DNA of 64,000 nucleotides, taken from Anolis carolinensis. Taxonomy: Eukaryota. Each line of letters begins with the position of its first letter. Position 1 is the stretch's first letter. Under the pieces are notes generated by a model, which saw nothing but the letters and a program-made list of their open reading frames with translations, did not search any database and had not been told where the DNA came from. A program made the translations under genes and the position numbers. The stretch spans positions 100,797,574 through 100,861,573 of the forward strand of contig NC_085841.1 in NCBI RefSeq assembly GCF_035594765.1, written 5' to 3'. Positions 1 through 12,200 of the stretch are shown one piece after another.

Positions 1-70
1 ACAGGGAACTCTGGCGTGGACTGGTCCATGAGGTCACGAAGAGTCGGCAACGACTGAGTGAATGAAGAAG
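1..70 (+). mobile_element. RTE-BovB LINE 3' tail fragment
   Basis: ctggcgtggactggtccatgaggtcacgaagagtcggcaacgactgag resembles the BovB 3' end. Confidence 0.7.
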
Positions 71-169
71 ATACCTGACTAATTCACCAGGAATCCAAGA
101 GGGCTATGGCTATTCAATTCTAGTTACACAATTGCAGATGAATATTGCCTTGGCGATGACACTTCACCT

Positions 170-575
170 ATTGACAAGCTGGAAGATGTTCAGAGGAGGG
201 CAATTATCAAAGGTCTAGAGACAATGCCCTATGGGAAGCATCTTAAAGAACTGGGTATGTTTAGTCTGCAGAAGAGAAGGTTGAGAGGAGACAAGATAGT
301 CCTAAACATGTGAAATGTCATCAGGAAGAGGGAACAGGCTTGTTTTCTGCTGTCTTGAAAACTAGGACTCGAAGCAATGGGTTCAAATTACAGGAAAGGA
401 GATTCCACCTGAATATTACGAGTGTGGTGGAAGCTCCTTCCTTTGAAACTTTTAAACAGAGGCTGGATGGCCATCTGTCAGGGGTACTTTGCGCTTTTCG
501 TGCATGGCAGGGAGTTGGACTGGGCAGGGAGGTGCCTCACATGGTCCCTTTCAACTATTCTATGATTCTGTGAAT
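170..575 (+). mobile_element. CR1 LINE 3' fragment
   Basis: Degenerate ORF2 C-terminus (RTRSNGFKLQERRFHLNI...FKQRLDGHLS) ending in the ttctatgattctg tail. Confidence 0.85.
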
Positions 576-1368
576 TCATAAAAATAAAATCTTGAATAAT
601 TTGGCCTTTACATATGCTGCACTGTGATTTCTTGTCAGCTCTACATAAAGGAAACGAGCAACATGGACATACAGAATATGAAAGCCTTTGTAATAGATAG
701 CTATATTAGGGATATTCACAGTAACTTCTGTCCCTGTAGGGCACTTGAAAAAAGCTGTACATGTTGCTCGCAGATTTAGCCAAATACTTATTTCTCTCTT
801 GACAAAGCTTAAAGGCAGCTGTCATTATAAATAGTTGGAAACAAAAAAGCTTCTCAGCCTTTTACTGAAGTTTCATTTGCAATAAAAGTTCAAGATCAGA
901 GTTGGAACAAGGCTCAGATAATTTTCCGCAACAAAACTATGAAGTGCAGTATATGCAGAACTAGCTGCTGGAACATGGTAGGGCATACATAGTGCTGGTA
1001 TTGTATTCCTTGTTAATACATGTTTTTGATCCTACTACTTTATTTAAAGGAGTTTCTTCCCCTAGAATATTCTTAGAACAAATGTGACTGACAATTGAAT
1101 TGTAAATGAACTGATGTATTTGGGACAGCTGATCTGATTATAAAATCAGTTTATCTAACAGAAGCATGAGTTGTACAACAGCATCAGCTTGGCTCTATCA
1201 ATCTTTAAAGAAAGATTTAAAATAATATTTGAACCTGAATGTGCAGTTTGCAGAGAATGGTAAGGAGGTTGTAACATTTGCTTTTAGCGTTTAGCAAATG
1301 TATGTATTCAGATGTATTGTTTTTTCCTTTCAACCTGGATCCCCCTCCAAGATAGTCTATAGTCCATG

Positions 1369-1631
1369 CAGGCCTGTAGCGAGAGGGCGGTTTTAGGGGT
1401 TCAACCCACCCCCCCCCCCCGAAATTTTTCAGGTTATAAAAAAAACCTGGTTTACTCATGAATTTTAACTGGTTAACCAAATCCCCATGCTAAGTCTATG
1501 AGACACAAAACATTCAGAGTCCCTCCAGGCACTATCTCAGGCAGATATTGACAGGTTTGTAGCGGGGAGGGGTGTGTGCTGAAATTTTCAAACCCCCCCC
1601 CCCCCCCAAAATTTTTCTGGCTACAGCCCTG
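1369..1631. mobile_element. Non-autonomous hAT DNA transposon (copy 1)
   Basis: TIRs CAGGCCTGTAGC/GCTACAGCCCTG; perfect 8-bp TSD AGTCCATG (1361-1368, 1632-1639); second copy at 57037. Confidence 0.9.
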
Positions 1632-2524
1632 AGTCCATGATATGGTTGTGTCTTGGAGATGCTCGTCCAACACATTGGAAAACTCAGGTTTGGAAATGCT
1701 GTTTCAAACAGTATCTCAGAATACATCATGTTCAGTTCAGTTCTGCCTCAATTTTATCTCTCTTTTTACGCCCAGTCTTGAACATGTATAATATCTGCTT
1801 CCTTTTCAAACAACATTTTTATTAAAAGTTAATATGGTGATTGATTTTACTGTGGTATTGTCTTATGTATTGATGATGTGAATTATGTTTTCCTTTGATA
1901 TTGATGTATCTGTATTTATTGCACCGTATGTATTGTTACATTACGAGTGCTTTGTAAGCCACCTCTAGTCCCTTTTGGGAGATGGTGACAGGGTAGAAAT
2001 AATTTATATTATTATTATTAATGTTAAAAAGGCACAAATGTCTCAAAACATAGGTAAAACATTCTAAAACAAAAACAGGGATCGGATGAAATTTGAATTT
2101 TGTTATCTATATCCTTTGTCTCACTCTTAACAAGTGTGTGCTCCATTGAGGGAGGAGGTGAGTGAACAGTAACATTCCAAATGGGAATTGAGACAAAAAT
2201 GAGGAAAGGAAAAAACCAATTGTTCCCTGGTTGCAACTCTTCAACTGATTCCTGTTCTTCAGCTGGGTTTTTCCGCCTAGCAACAAAACCACATAATGCT
2301 TTCTCTCAATTCCTAATTGCCCTTTGGCCTTTCCAGTTTACCTTATCTACCAAAGGAAGAGCCATCTATCTTAACAAATTTTAATGTTTTAAAATTAGCT
2401 GGCCGTTAGCATTAATGTGGAAACCTAATGGTTTAGGCCACAAATGAATTAGTTATTTGTTCACACCACTAATTGCATTTACTGAATCTATGTGCCCTTT
2501 CTTTGTGGGATACTCAGGGGCTGT

Positions 2525-2854
2525 AGGTAAAGGTAAAGGTTTCCCCTTGACATTAAGTCTAGTCGAGTCTGACTCTGGGGGGTGGTGCTCATCTCAATTT
2601 CTAAGCTGAAGAGCTGCCGTTGTCCATAGATGCCTCCTAAGTCACGTGGTTGGCATTACTGCATGGAGTGCTGTTACCTTCCCGTCAAAGCAGTACCTAC
2701 TGATACTCGCATTTGTATATTTTCGAACTACTAGGTTAGCAGAAGCTGGTTCTAACAACGGGAGCTCACCCCGTCCCACAGATTCAAACTGCCGACTTTC
2801 CGGTCAGCAAGTTCTCCAACTTAGTGGTTTAACCCGCTGAGCCACTGCGACCCC
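2525..2854 (-). mobile_element. Sauria SINE
   Basis: (AGGTAA)n reverse-complement tail and a body homologous to the copies at 10741, 24376 and 55545. Confidence 0.88.
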
Positions 2855-2901
2855 TACTTATCCCCACATAATTAGAAGTAGCTACTGTGATCAATGGGTC
2901 T

Positions 2902-3052
2902 CAGGGCTGTTATGTGTTTTCCGGGCTACATACCTCACAATCTCTGAGGGTGCCTGCCATAGATGTGGGCGAAATGTCAGGAGAAAATACTTCTGGAACA
3001 TGGCCATAAAGCCCGGAAAACACACAACGATCCTGTGATTCCGGCCGTGAAA
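2902..3052 (+). mobile_element. Penelope pseudo-LTR remnant with inverted terminal segment and degenerate hammerhead
   Basis: Homologous to 52745-52880; inverted repeat 2902-2927/3010-3035. Confidence 0.85.
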
Positions 3053-3151
3053 TTGGGTTGGAAGAGTTTGTATAACTCACCAACAGGATTTCAACCCATT
3101 ATACTGTAATACTAAAGAATTAAAGTTGATACTAGTAATATTCTTTGTTAC

Positions 3152-3214
3152 CTGAAAAATTGTGGCATATGCTACTGTTACTGCGTAAAAGATTAGCAGA
3201 CTTTCTTCGTGTTG
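3152..3214 (-). CDS. CCDC162: CCDC162-like exon 39 (probable)
   Basis: 63 nt; gttttcacag acceptor, gtaaca donor; phase 1->1; TRRKSANLLRSNSSICHNFS. Confidence 0.65.
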
Positions 3215-6200
3215 CTGTGAAAACATGAATATAAATTTGATAATCTGTAAGAAGGATCCACACAAATCCTAAAAATACTAAAGGTCAGCAACATTTTAGC
3301 AGAATACTTCCTTGTATATGATATTTCCCCCCAAAATGAGATTGCTAGAAGAATGATTATAAATAATAGGTTTTATTTTATTCAGTCCTGAGGTCATGTT
3401 CAAATGTTTTGGCTACAGGAATTATAATCAGAAACCACACTCTGTCCTAAGGAGGGCAATGCAGCGGTTCTTAGCTTTTTTTTCACCACAGATCCCTCAA
3501 TATCGTTTTTTGTAGCAGATTACCAAAACTTAAAGTAGATGATTAAAAACTCTAAAGTGTATCAAATAGAGTAGAGTCTCACTTATCCAACATAAACGGG
3601 CTGGCAGAATGTTGGATAAGCTAATATGTTGGATAATAAGGAGAGATTAAGGAAAAGCCTATTAAACATCAAATTAGGTTATGATTTTACAAATTAAGCA
3701 CCAAAACATCATGTTATACAACAAATTTGGCAGAAAAAGTAGTTCAATACGCAGTAATGCTATGTAGTAATTACTGTATTTACAAATTTAGTACCAAAAT
3801 ATCACGATGTATTGAAAACATTGACTACAAAAATGCGTTGGATAATCCAGAACATTGGATAGGCGAGTATTGGATAAGTGAGACTCTACTGTATGTATTT
3901 AAAGTTGTATATCAAGGATCTTCAAATTCAGAGAGAAGGGAAACATAAATAAATAAATGGGTACACTCCTAATATTTTGTTAGAATAATTCCATACAAAA
4001 TAATAATGACTGAACATCGAACCATGGCCTAATATTACTTGTTAATTTCAATTAATCAATTAATGTGAAGGTTGGTGTTCAGGCTTAATAGCTGAAACAT
4101 ATATTCTGAGTTCTAACTTTACATCTTTGAAATTATTATTATTATTATGCATATTTTAAAAGAAAAAACGAGCAGGGAATTATTTTTCACACAAATATGT
4201 TGTTACAAAAAGCATCACTAAATACATTTTCACAAATATATCAATGCATGTCTCCTATTTATCGAAGTATATTAAAGATATATTCTTCTCTAAATCCATT
4301 TTATTTGCACAATCTGTACATTGGTCTGAACTTGTTTCATTCATGATACTCATATTAAACAAATAGATCATTCATAGCAAGCTCCTATAGTGTCCACAAT
4401 CTAAAGAGAGAACAATGCTCTGTGGTCATATCTTTATTAGGGGCAAAAAGTACTCTGTCTATTCCTTGACTAAGGAAACGCCATGAAATCCATGACATTG
4501 TTATAAATCAACAGGCGACTTGAAGGCGCATGCACACATCTACATGTACACATTTTTTCTTTCTTGATTGGTTTAGGGTTTTTTTCATCAACGTAAAATA
4601 TTTTGCTAAACGTACTATCAATTTAGAAGTGTTCTATGGCTTAATTAATTCTTAAGTAATTGAAAAAATGTTCTTGTAACATGATTGCTCTAGGTTTATG
4701 GCTGTTTTAATGGGGTGGAGGTTAATCTCATAAGGTTAATTCAGTAAATTGGATCCTGTTGATTTCATTATTGGATCCATCCAAATCAGGATTAATTTAA
4801 CAAATTGGATCCACTTGAAACTCTGACTCAACTGTAAAATACTACGTAATATGACTCCTGGGGTGATTTAAGAGGTTGAGTAGTATATCACATCATTCCC
4901 AGTTTTTCACGCCGATTTTAAAAAACTAGACGCAATTAAACTGATTAGAGCAAATGTCAACATGGAGCTTTGCTAACACAGAAAACAACAGGCCAGTACC
5001 TGAGCGCTGCAAATTATCTGAAATACTCAGCGCTGCTATCTGTGTAGCTACAGGGTTCATGCTACTGCTAAGCTCATTAGTGTCATGATTAGTGTCAAGA
5101 TCGAATCACAATTGTTTGTTGAAGTGGGGCAGTCACTCATTGCCCTCATTAGCTTATATTGAAATGTGCACAAGTGGAAGCCATGTTCCCTAGTATTAAG
5201 GTTTTCCAGCTAACTCTTTACCAGCTTGCCATAAGAAGATCTGTTTCAGTGCATGCTGGAAGTCCTGGGTTCACTCCTTTGTACTGGTAATTCTAACATG
5301 GCATCCAGAAATGTAACAGTGGCAACAATGACGAGGGTCTGTTCCCCTGTTGCTCTTTGGAAGCCGCTCACTGCCATTTCCACCTCCTTTAATTAGTCCT
5401 CTTTGTGACCCCACTGACTAGCTAAGTCATTATTTTAACTCTTTGATGGCATGGCTCCAAGCCAGCCATAAGGCACGAGGAAGAGGTGGTTTAGAGATGA
5501 GAAAAGGCAGAAATGTTACCCTGTATGTTTCTGTAAGTAAACAGGTTGTTTTGTGCTTTATGGGATTATATATCTGCTTTAGCAGCAGATACTTAAATCT
5601 ACCTTTGAATTCCAATCATGCCATTTATTTGACCTCACAAAAATAGTTAATTCTCAAATAGAACAACATCCTTGCTTGCCTCAGTTCAGATGCTCAATGT
5701 GAATTCACTGGCTTCTTGAAATGCATCTTTATAAACACACATACCACTCACTTACAGAATGAAGAACATAGCCACTAAAAAGCCCTGAATAGAACAGTTC
5801 ACAATTAAAAGACCCTTTCTTATGAATAGTTCTCCAAAGCCTGTCCTGGGACACCTTGGCCTATAATGGGAGAAACATGGGATATTATATATTCACCTAT
5901 TGATGGAAATACAAGAAAGAAGGAGCTAGTCCAGCCTCCCTTGAAAGGGTATTTCAAAACTTGAGAGGAATCACCAAGAAAGGCTCTGCTTCGCAATCCC
6001 GCCAAACATTCCTTCCAGCGCGATGGCCCTCAGAGGGAGGCCTCACCCAAATACCCCAAAGCCTAGGCAGGTTCATATGGGACAATACAACCCTTCAGGG
6101 AATGGAGACCAGAGTTGTATGGGTCATAACAAACATTTTACAGGCATGGCTCTTCCTTGTATCTGGGAAAGCCTAAAAGAAGATTCCAGCAGTATGGGTC

Positions 6201-9200
6201 AAACTCTTCTGCATTAAATGTACATCTATTCAGTGTGCATCTGTTCAACTATGGTTGTGACACTTTCATGATTTATATGCTGGCCACCCATTTTTTATAG
6301 CAAAGCAAATGTTTTATTTCAAACACTGCTATTAAAACTATCTCTCAGGTTTTCCATAAACAAGTTATTCTTTCATCTCTCCCCACCCTCCTTTAAACGA
6401 GGAATTAAGAAGGCCCAATACCTTTTCCAATGTTCTCTACAGAATTGTTCCAGCTGAAAACCTATAAAGCAGATCTTTTCTGTGCACACCTAAACTGTTT
6501 CTGAACTGGGCACATCTTACCTGGGACAGAGAAGGGTTTTATTGTCAGTAAAATTGAGGATAAGTGCCAAGTTATCTTCCAAATGACAGGAGTCTAACAA
6601 ACTCTTCACTTTGTACCCTCATATCTACTGTAGTGGTATGCCTGATCCCTCACCCATCCTGCCTCAAGAGTGGGGCTGCTTTTTATTCTTTATTCCTATG
6701 TCAAACATCCACATGATAGCATGTCATCCAGAGGTGGGGTCAGATAGAATTCAAATTGCAATTATACCTCCAGGTGAATTTCTCTGGGATGTTGTAGCTT
6801 CCACGTCATAAAGTTGAGACTGCAACTCTTCTACCCGTTGGTAAGCATTCAGCTTTAAACTGCGCTCCTGTGTTAACTGACTTCTTATCTAAAAAGATAA
6901 TAACATCTTAATCAACAACATAATTTCAAGATTTCATATATTAAAATTAATTGCCAGAATCCTGTTTAGAATTTGTGCTTCTGTAAGCATCATGGAGCTG
7001 TAAATCATGTCTGCACATCCCGTTTGGTTTTGGGACTCCAACTCCCAGAAGCCCTAGCCAGTATGTCCAATGGTTAGTAATTCTGGGAGCTGAAGTTCAA
7101 AACACCTGGTGGGCCACAGGTTATGCAGGCCTGCTGTAAATATCACCTTGAATCCTATCTTACAGTGCTAGGCAGTGAATCCGAGTCCGATCCCTCCAAT
7201 TCCTAAATACCAGGAAGCAGCAACTATCAAGAGGATCTTCTCTGAGTGATCTCCAGTGTGACAGACAGAAGCAGGGTCCCTGTTGCATTTCCCCCTCATG
7301 TTGGTGATTGTTTGTGTGAGAAGTGGAGTGTGAGGACAGCAGTAAGACTCTTCTCAACCTGGAACAGACCCCAGTGACCATAGCAGCTGCTTCCCAATAA
7401 ATAAGAATTTGGAGGATTCTTTCAGTGTTTGCATAGCAAGCCATAAATATACAGCAGTGACAAGTTTGTACATTCAGGCAACTGCTATAAAGGACCCCGG
7501 GTCATTTTTAAAAAATAAAATAAAAGTATGGCCATGGAAGCAGCTAGGTAACATTAGAACCTGAAAAAAGATTTTTGGAGATGGAATTGAAGACATGTTA
7601 TTCAGTTAGGAAGCATATATCTTTTTTCCAACCCCACCATTCTATGTTTTACATCTCCTTCCATGTTCATGATAATTTAGAACATCAACCCAACACAAAT
7701 ACTTTTTGCCTACCCTGATTTTAAAACGATAGAAAACTTGAAACATTTATATTTTCACATTTTAATCTCACTTAAGCCATAATATCACCATTACTAAAAA
7801 AAAATCAAACTGAGTTTCTGTTCCTTGTGAAAAAAATATTTTGTTGCAAAAATATATGGTACAGCCTAATTGTTAATCCTAGCTAGAGGACTATGGAATT
7901 CGAATCAATGGAATTCACGTAAGTGTTCACTAACCATGTTCTTGTTGATTTAATAGGTCTTTCCGAGTTGAAATTAGCAATTTAGACTTACATCTTTTAA
8001 GAACCAACCAAAACAAAAAAATTAAGTGAGTACTTGTAGTCACATATACTCTTGGCAAACCTCTTCATACAATAAATATTTTTTCCTAAATAAGACAGTT
8101 CCTCCACATTTGCAGTTTTGACTTTCACAGAATTTGCTATGTTCTTTTTAGGAATCTCTGGGTCTTCCAGTGTGACTTTATGGTCAACTTGCATCAATCA
8201 TGACGGAAGATATAGAAATTCATAAAGTTGTTCTCTCAAGTTTAAAAAAAGCAATTTATTTATGGGTTTTTTTTTACTTTCACAAGCCTGCTATGCCCCT
8301 AACCACAGCAAATGTGTAGGGCTTTATTTTTCATGTCAGGAGCAACTTGAGAAACTGCAAGTCGCTTCTGGTGTGAAAGAATTGGCTGTCTGCAAGGATG
8401 TTGTTCAAGGGATGCCCGGATGTTTGATCTTTTACCATCCTGTGGGAGGCTTCTCTCATGTCCCTGCATGGGAAGCTAGAGCCGACAGACGGGAGCTCAC
8501 CCCGCTTTCCGGATTCAAACCGCTGACTTTTCAGTCAGCAGTCCTGCCGGCACAAGAGCTTAACCCATTGTGCAACCAGGGGCTCCATGTGGAGGGCTGA
8601 ATGTAATAAATAAAAGATGGTGTGATGTGCAGCATCAACCTTCGTGAGCGTTCTCAGTGCTGATAAGAGAAGGAATGAGAACTCCCTATGTTTTAAGTAA
8701 TATTTATCTATTTTTATGTTTTGCAGTTGGGATTGCTTGTGGACGCTTATTATTAGTATATAAAACCATGGTACACACTCAGTTATTTACCATTAACAGA
8801 TGTATTTATAATCTTACTTGCTGGATTTCTTTCTTAACCCTTTTCCCTTGAAGTTGTTGTATCTTAGTGGATTTCTCTGCTTCTTCTGTCAAGCTCTGCA
8901 GTTTCACTTCTTTCTCGGCAAGGTTTTCTAGCATCTTCTCCAAGTTTTCTGTCTTCATCAAATTAACCTGCTGCCATCTGCTGACCTCTTGATTCATTTT
9001 CTGTTCTACTTTCTGTAGCAAATGTCCCTGTGCATGAAATCACACAGATCATGTTGCAATCTACTTCCTAATACTATTCCTCACTGCAATGTTCACACTC
9101 CTCCCCTTTTCTGAAAATTTGGGGGTTCCCTCAAGACAAGTCATACGGACCTAATGTATGTGGATGCTGCCACTTTGTTTACATGAAGAATTACACAGAT

Positions 9201-12200
9201 GCTTCAGATACACAAGGACTGACACACACTCCTGAACCTTTCAAACAGAGGGAGTTATCTGACTGTGCCATAAACAGGAATGGCATATAGCAAGAACGAA
9301 TCCATTCTGGCTAGACTATTGTTAACAGCATACACAGATACATAGATCCACTTTTCTTCGCTGAAGAGGTTGGTATTCCTCTCCTTCCTTTGTGGCAACC
9401 AAAGTGCCTCCCAACCTAGACTTGCTGAAGGGTTGGGTGGACCTTCAAACCATATATTAGAATAGTAGTAAATGGCTCAACAGAACTACTATGCTATATT
9501 GAGCCATGCAAGATTGGGGCCTCTGACATACAGGAAAATGGTCCTTAAAAGTTGAGAAAACTGCACTGAATTCAACACAACAAAGAGAAAAAATGATTTC
9601 CTGTGTAAGCAGTGAAGTAGCAGAGCCATATCTGTACCTGTTTGTCTAGCTGTCCATTCAGTTTTTTATTCTCTGCTTGAGACTGTGCCAAGGCTTTTCT
9701 TGCAGACCTGAGTTGCTGACGAAATAGAACTGCCTCTTTTTCTGCCATCATCTTCAGTTTCAAGTATTCTTTTTTATTTTTATTGTCCACCTGTGAATGC
9801 AATGGATTTAGTAGACTGTGAAGTGCAAAATAAAAGCAATTTGCAATAATTATTACTACTATTGTTATGATTTATACCCCGCTTTTTCTCTCCACAAAGG
9901 GTTACTTATGAGCAAGCGTCTTACAAGGTTTATGTCATTTATCGTGGAGCAAAAGGGGCTCACTGTTTAAAAATGTGTGTACATAACTGACATTGCTACC
10001 TTCTAGATCAGGCATGGGCAAACTTTGGCCCTCCAGGTGTTTTGGACTCCAACTCCCACAATTCCTAACAGCCTCAGGCCCTTTCCTCCCCCCCCTCCCC
10101 TCAGCTGCTTAAGCGGCTGATGGGGGAAAGGAAAGGGCCCGAGGCTGTTAGGAATGGTGGGAGTTGCAGTCCAAAACACCTGGAGGGCCAAGGTTTGCTA
10201 ATGCCTGTTCTAAATCCACGCAGTTCGCTATGCATGCACATGTTCATTGGAATTGGACCATTTCAGTATACTAGCCATTAAAATTTAAAAACAAGAATCT
10301 TTCATGATTTAGAATGAGATAGGATCCCATCACACTACGCAGTTGAAGCCCACTGAATCAAGCTTAACTGTCATGATTGCATTCTGTGGGATCTTGTAAT
10401 TTTTAGAGTGGAAAAGAACTAGAATGCTCTAGCAAGCAATTTCATCTTCCTCTCCCTAAACTACAAATGAAATCCAGTGTGGTGAAATTTAAATATTGGA
10501 TTAGAATTCATCCTGTTGCTCAGACATTAAAACTCATAGAATGACATTGGGCAAGTCCCACTCTCTCAGCCTAGAACTGGAAGAAACAATATGGACCCTC
10601 CAGTCCAACCTTCTGACAGGCAGGAAAAGCACAACCAAAGCATCCTTGACAGGAAGGCAAAAGCAAACCTCTTTGAACAAATCCAGACATGAAAATCCTG
10701 TGAAAGAGTCACCCTAAGTTGGAAATGACTTGAAGGAATAGGTAAAGGTAAATGTTTTCCCCTGACATGAAGTCTTATTGTGTCTGCCTCTGGGGGTTGG
10801 TGCTCATCTCCATTTCTAAGCCAAAGAGCCGGCGTTGTCATAGACATTTCCAAGGCCAAGTGACTGATATGACTGCATGGAGCGCCATAACCTTCCCGAC
10901 GGAGCAGTACCTACTGATCTACTCACATTTGCATGTTTTCGAACTACAAGGCTGGCAGAAGCTGGGGCTAACAGCGGGAGCTCACCCCGCTCCCCGGATT
11001 TGAACCGCCAACCTTTTGGTCCACAAGTTCAGCAGCTCAGCAGTTTAACCCGCTGCGCTACCAGAGGCTCCTCTTGAAGGAATACAACATTTAAAACAAA
11101 AGCAAAGCAGTATATCTAATAATTCCATAGCATGATGCCATGGTGGTCGAAAGAGAATCACAGTGCTACATTTGTGCGTTGTGGGAAAGCCCTTTCTTCT
11201 AACATACTGATAGGAGGTTTGCAAAGATCTCACCTTCTCTGCTTCTCTCACTGTGGCTGACAAGTGCGCTTTGTGCACCGTTTGCTTCCAGTAATTCATG
11301 GCCCTCAGTTTCAATACCAACATTTGCAGCTGGCCATTTTCATCCCGTAACTCCTGTAACTGTTCCTGCTAATGAGAGCACATCATTTCTATTTTTTAAA
11401 AAAACTGACCTACTCACATTTGGGGGGGGGGGGATAGTGTAATTTTAAGAATTGGCATCAGCCTCTATACTTGGAAGAAATTCAAGCCCTGTTACAGGCA
11501 CTTCAACTACACTAAGCTCCTTTTAGAAGCTGTTGACATATTATTCTGTTCAGAGTCATCTAAACCTGTGAATCTGGATGATCATTCTCTGGAGAATAGA
11601 TTTGAAAATGCTGTATTTGCACTGATGACAATGATACACACAATTCTGTTTTCTCAGTTCTGGGTTAGTTTTCCTCCCTCTGTACTATGTTTTACCATTT
11701 ATAGATTCTGTTTTTCCATGAAGTCTGAGGCATTGCTTCTCTCAAGACCCTTTGGTCTTTGGCCATGACAACTATTGTAATGTTTGATTTGTATTGTAAG
11801 TGCTGACCTTTAAATGACTTTATGAGTGTTAAGCACTGGTGTAGTGAAGTGGCAAAGAGCGCTGGTTCAAATTTGCCTCTGCAGTTACTGTATATACCTG
11901 AATCTAAGCCAACCCGAATATAAGCCGAGGCAACAAAAAATCCTGGGAAAATGTATTGACTCAAGTATAAGACGAGGGTGGGAAATGCAGCAGCTACTGG
12001 TCAATTTCAAAAATAAAAATAAAAACCAATAAAATTATATTAATTGAAGCATCAGTAAGTTAAATATTTTTGAACATTTACATAAAACTGTATTCTAAGA
12101 TAAGACTGTCCAACTCTGATTACCTATATACTCGAGTATAAGCCGACCCAGATATAGGCTGACCAGGACCCTCACTCAAGTATAAGCCAGGGGGCTTTTT

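Noticed and set aside
2135-2157. 23-nt plus-strand segment with good acceptor and gtgagt donor
   Set aside because: Isolated; no partner exons found on the + strand; likely chance.
7160-7444. 94-aa minus-strand ORF with a nearby gtaaga donor
   Set aside because: Exons 37 and 38 join in frame without it; no convincing acceptor or recognisable peptide.
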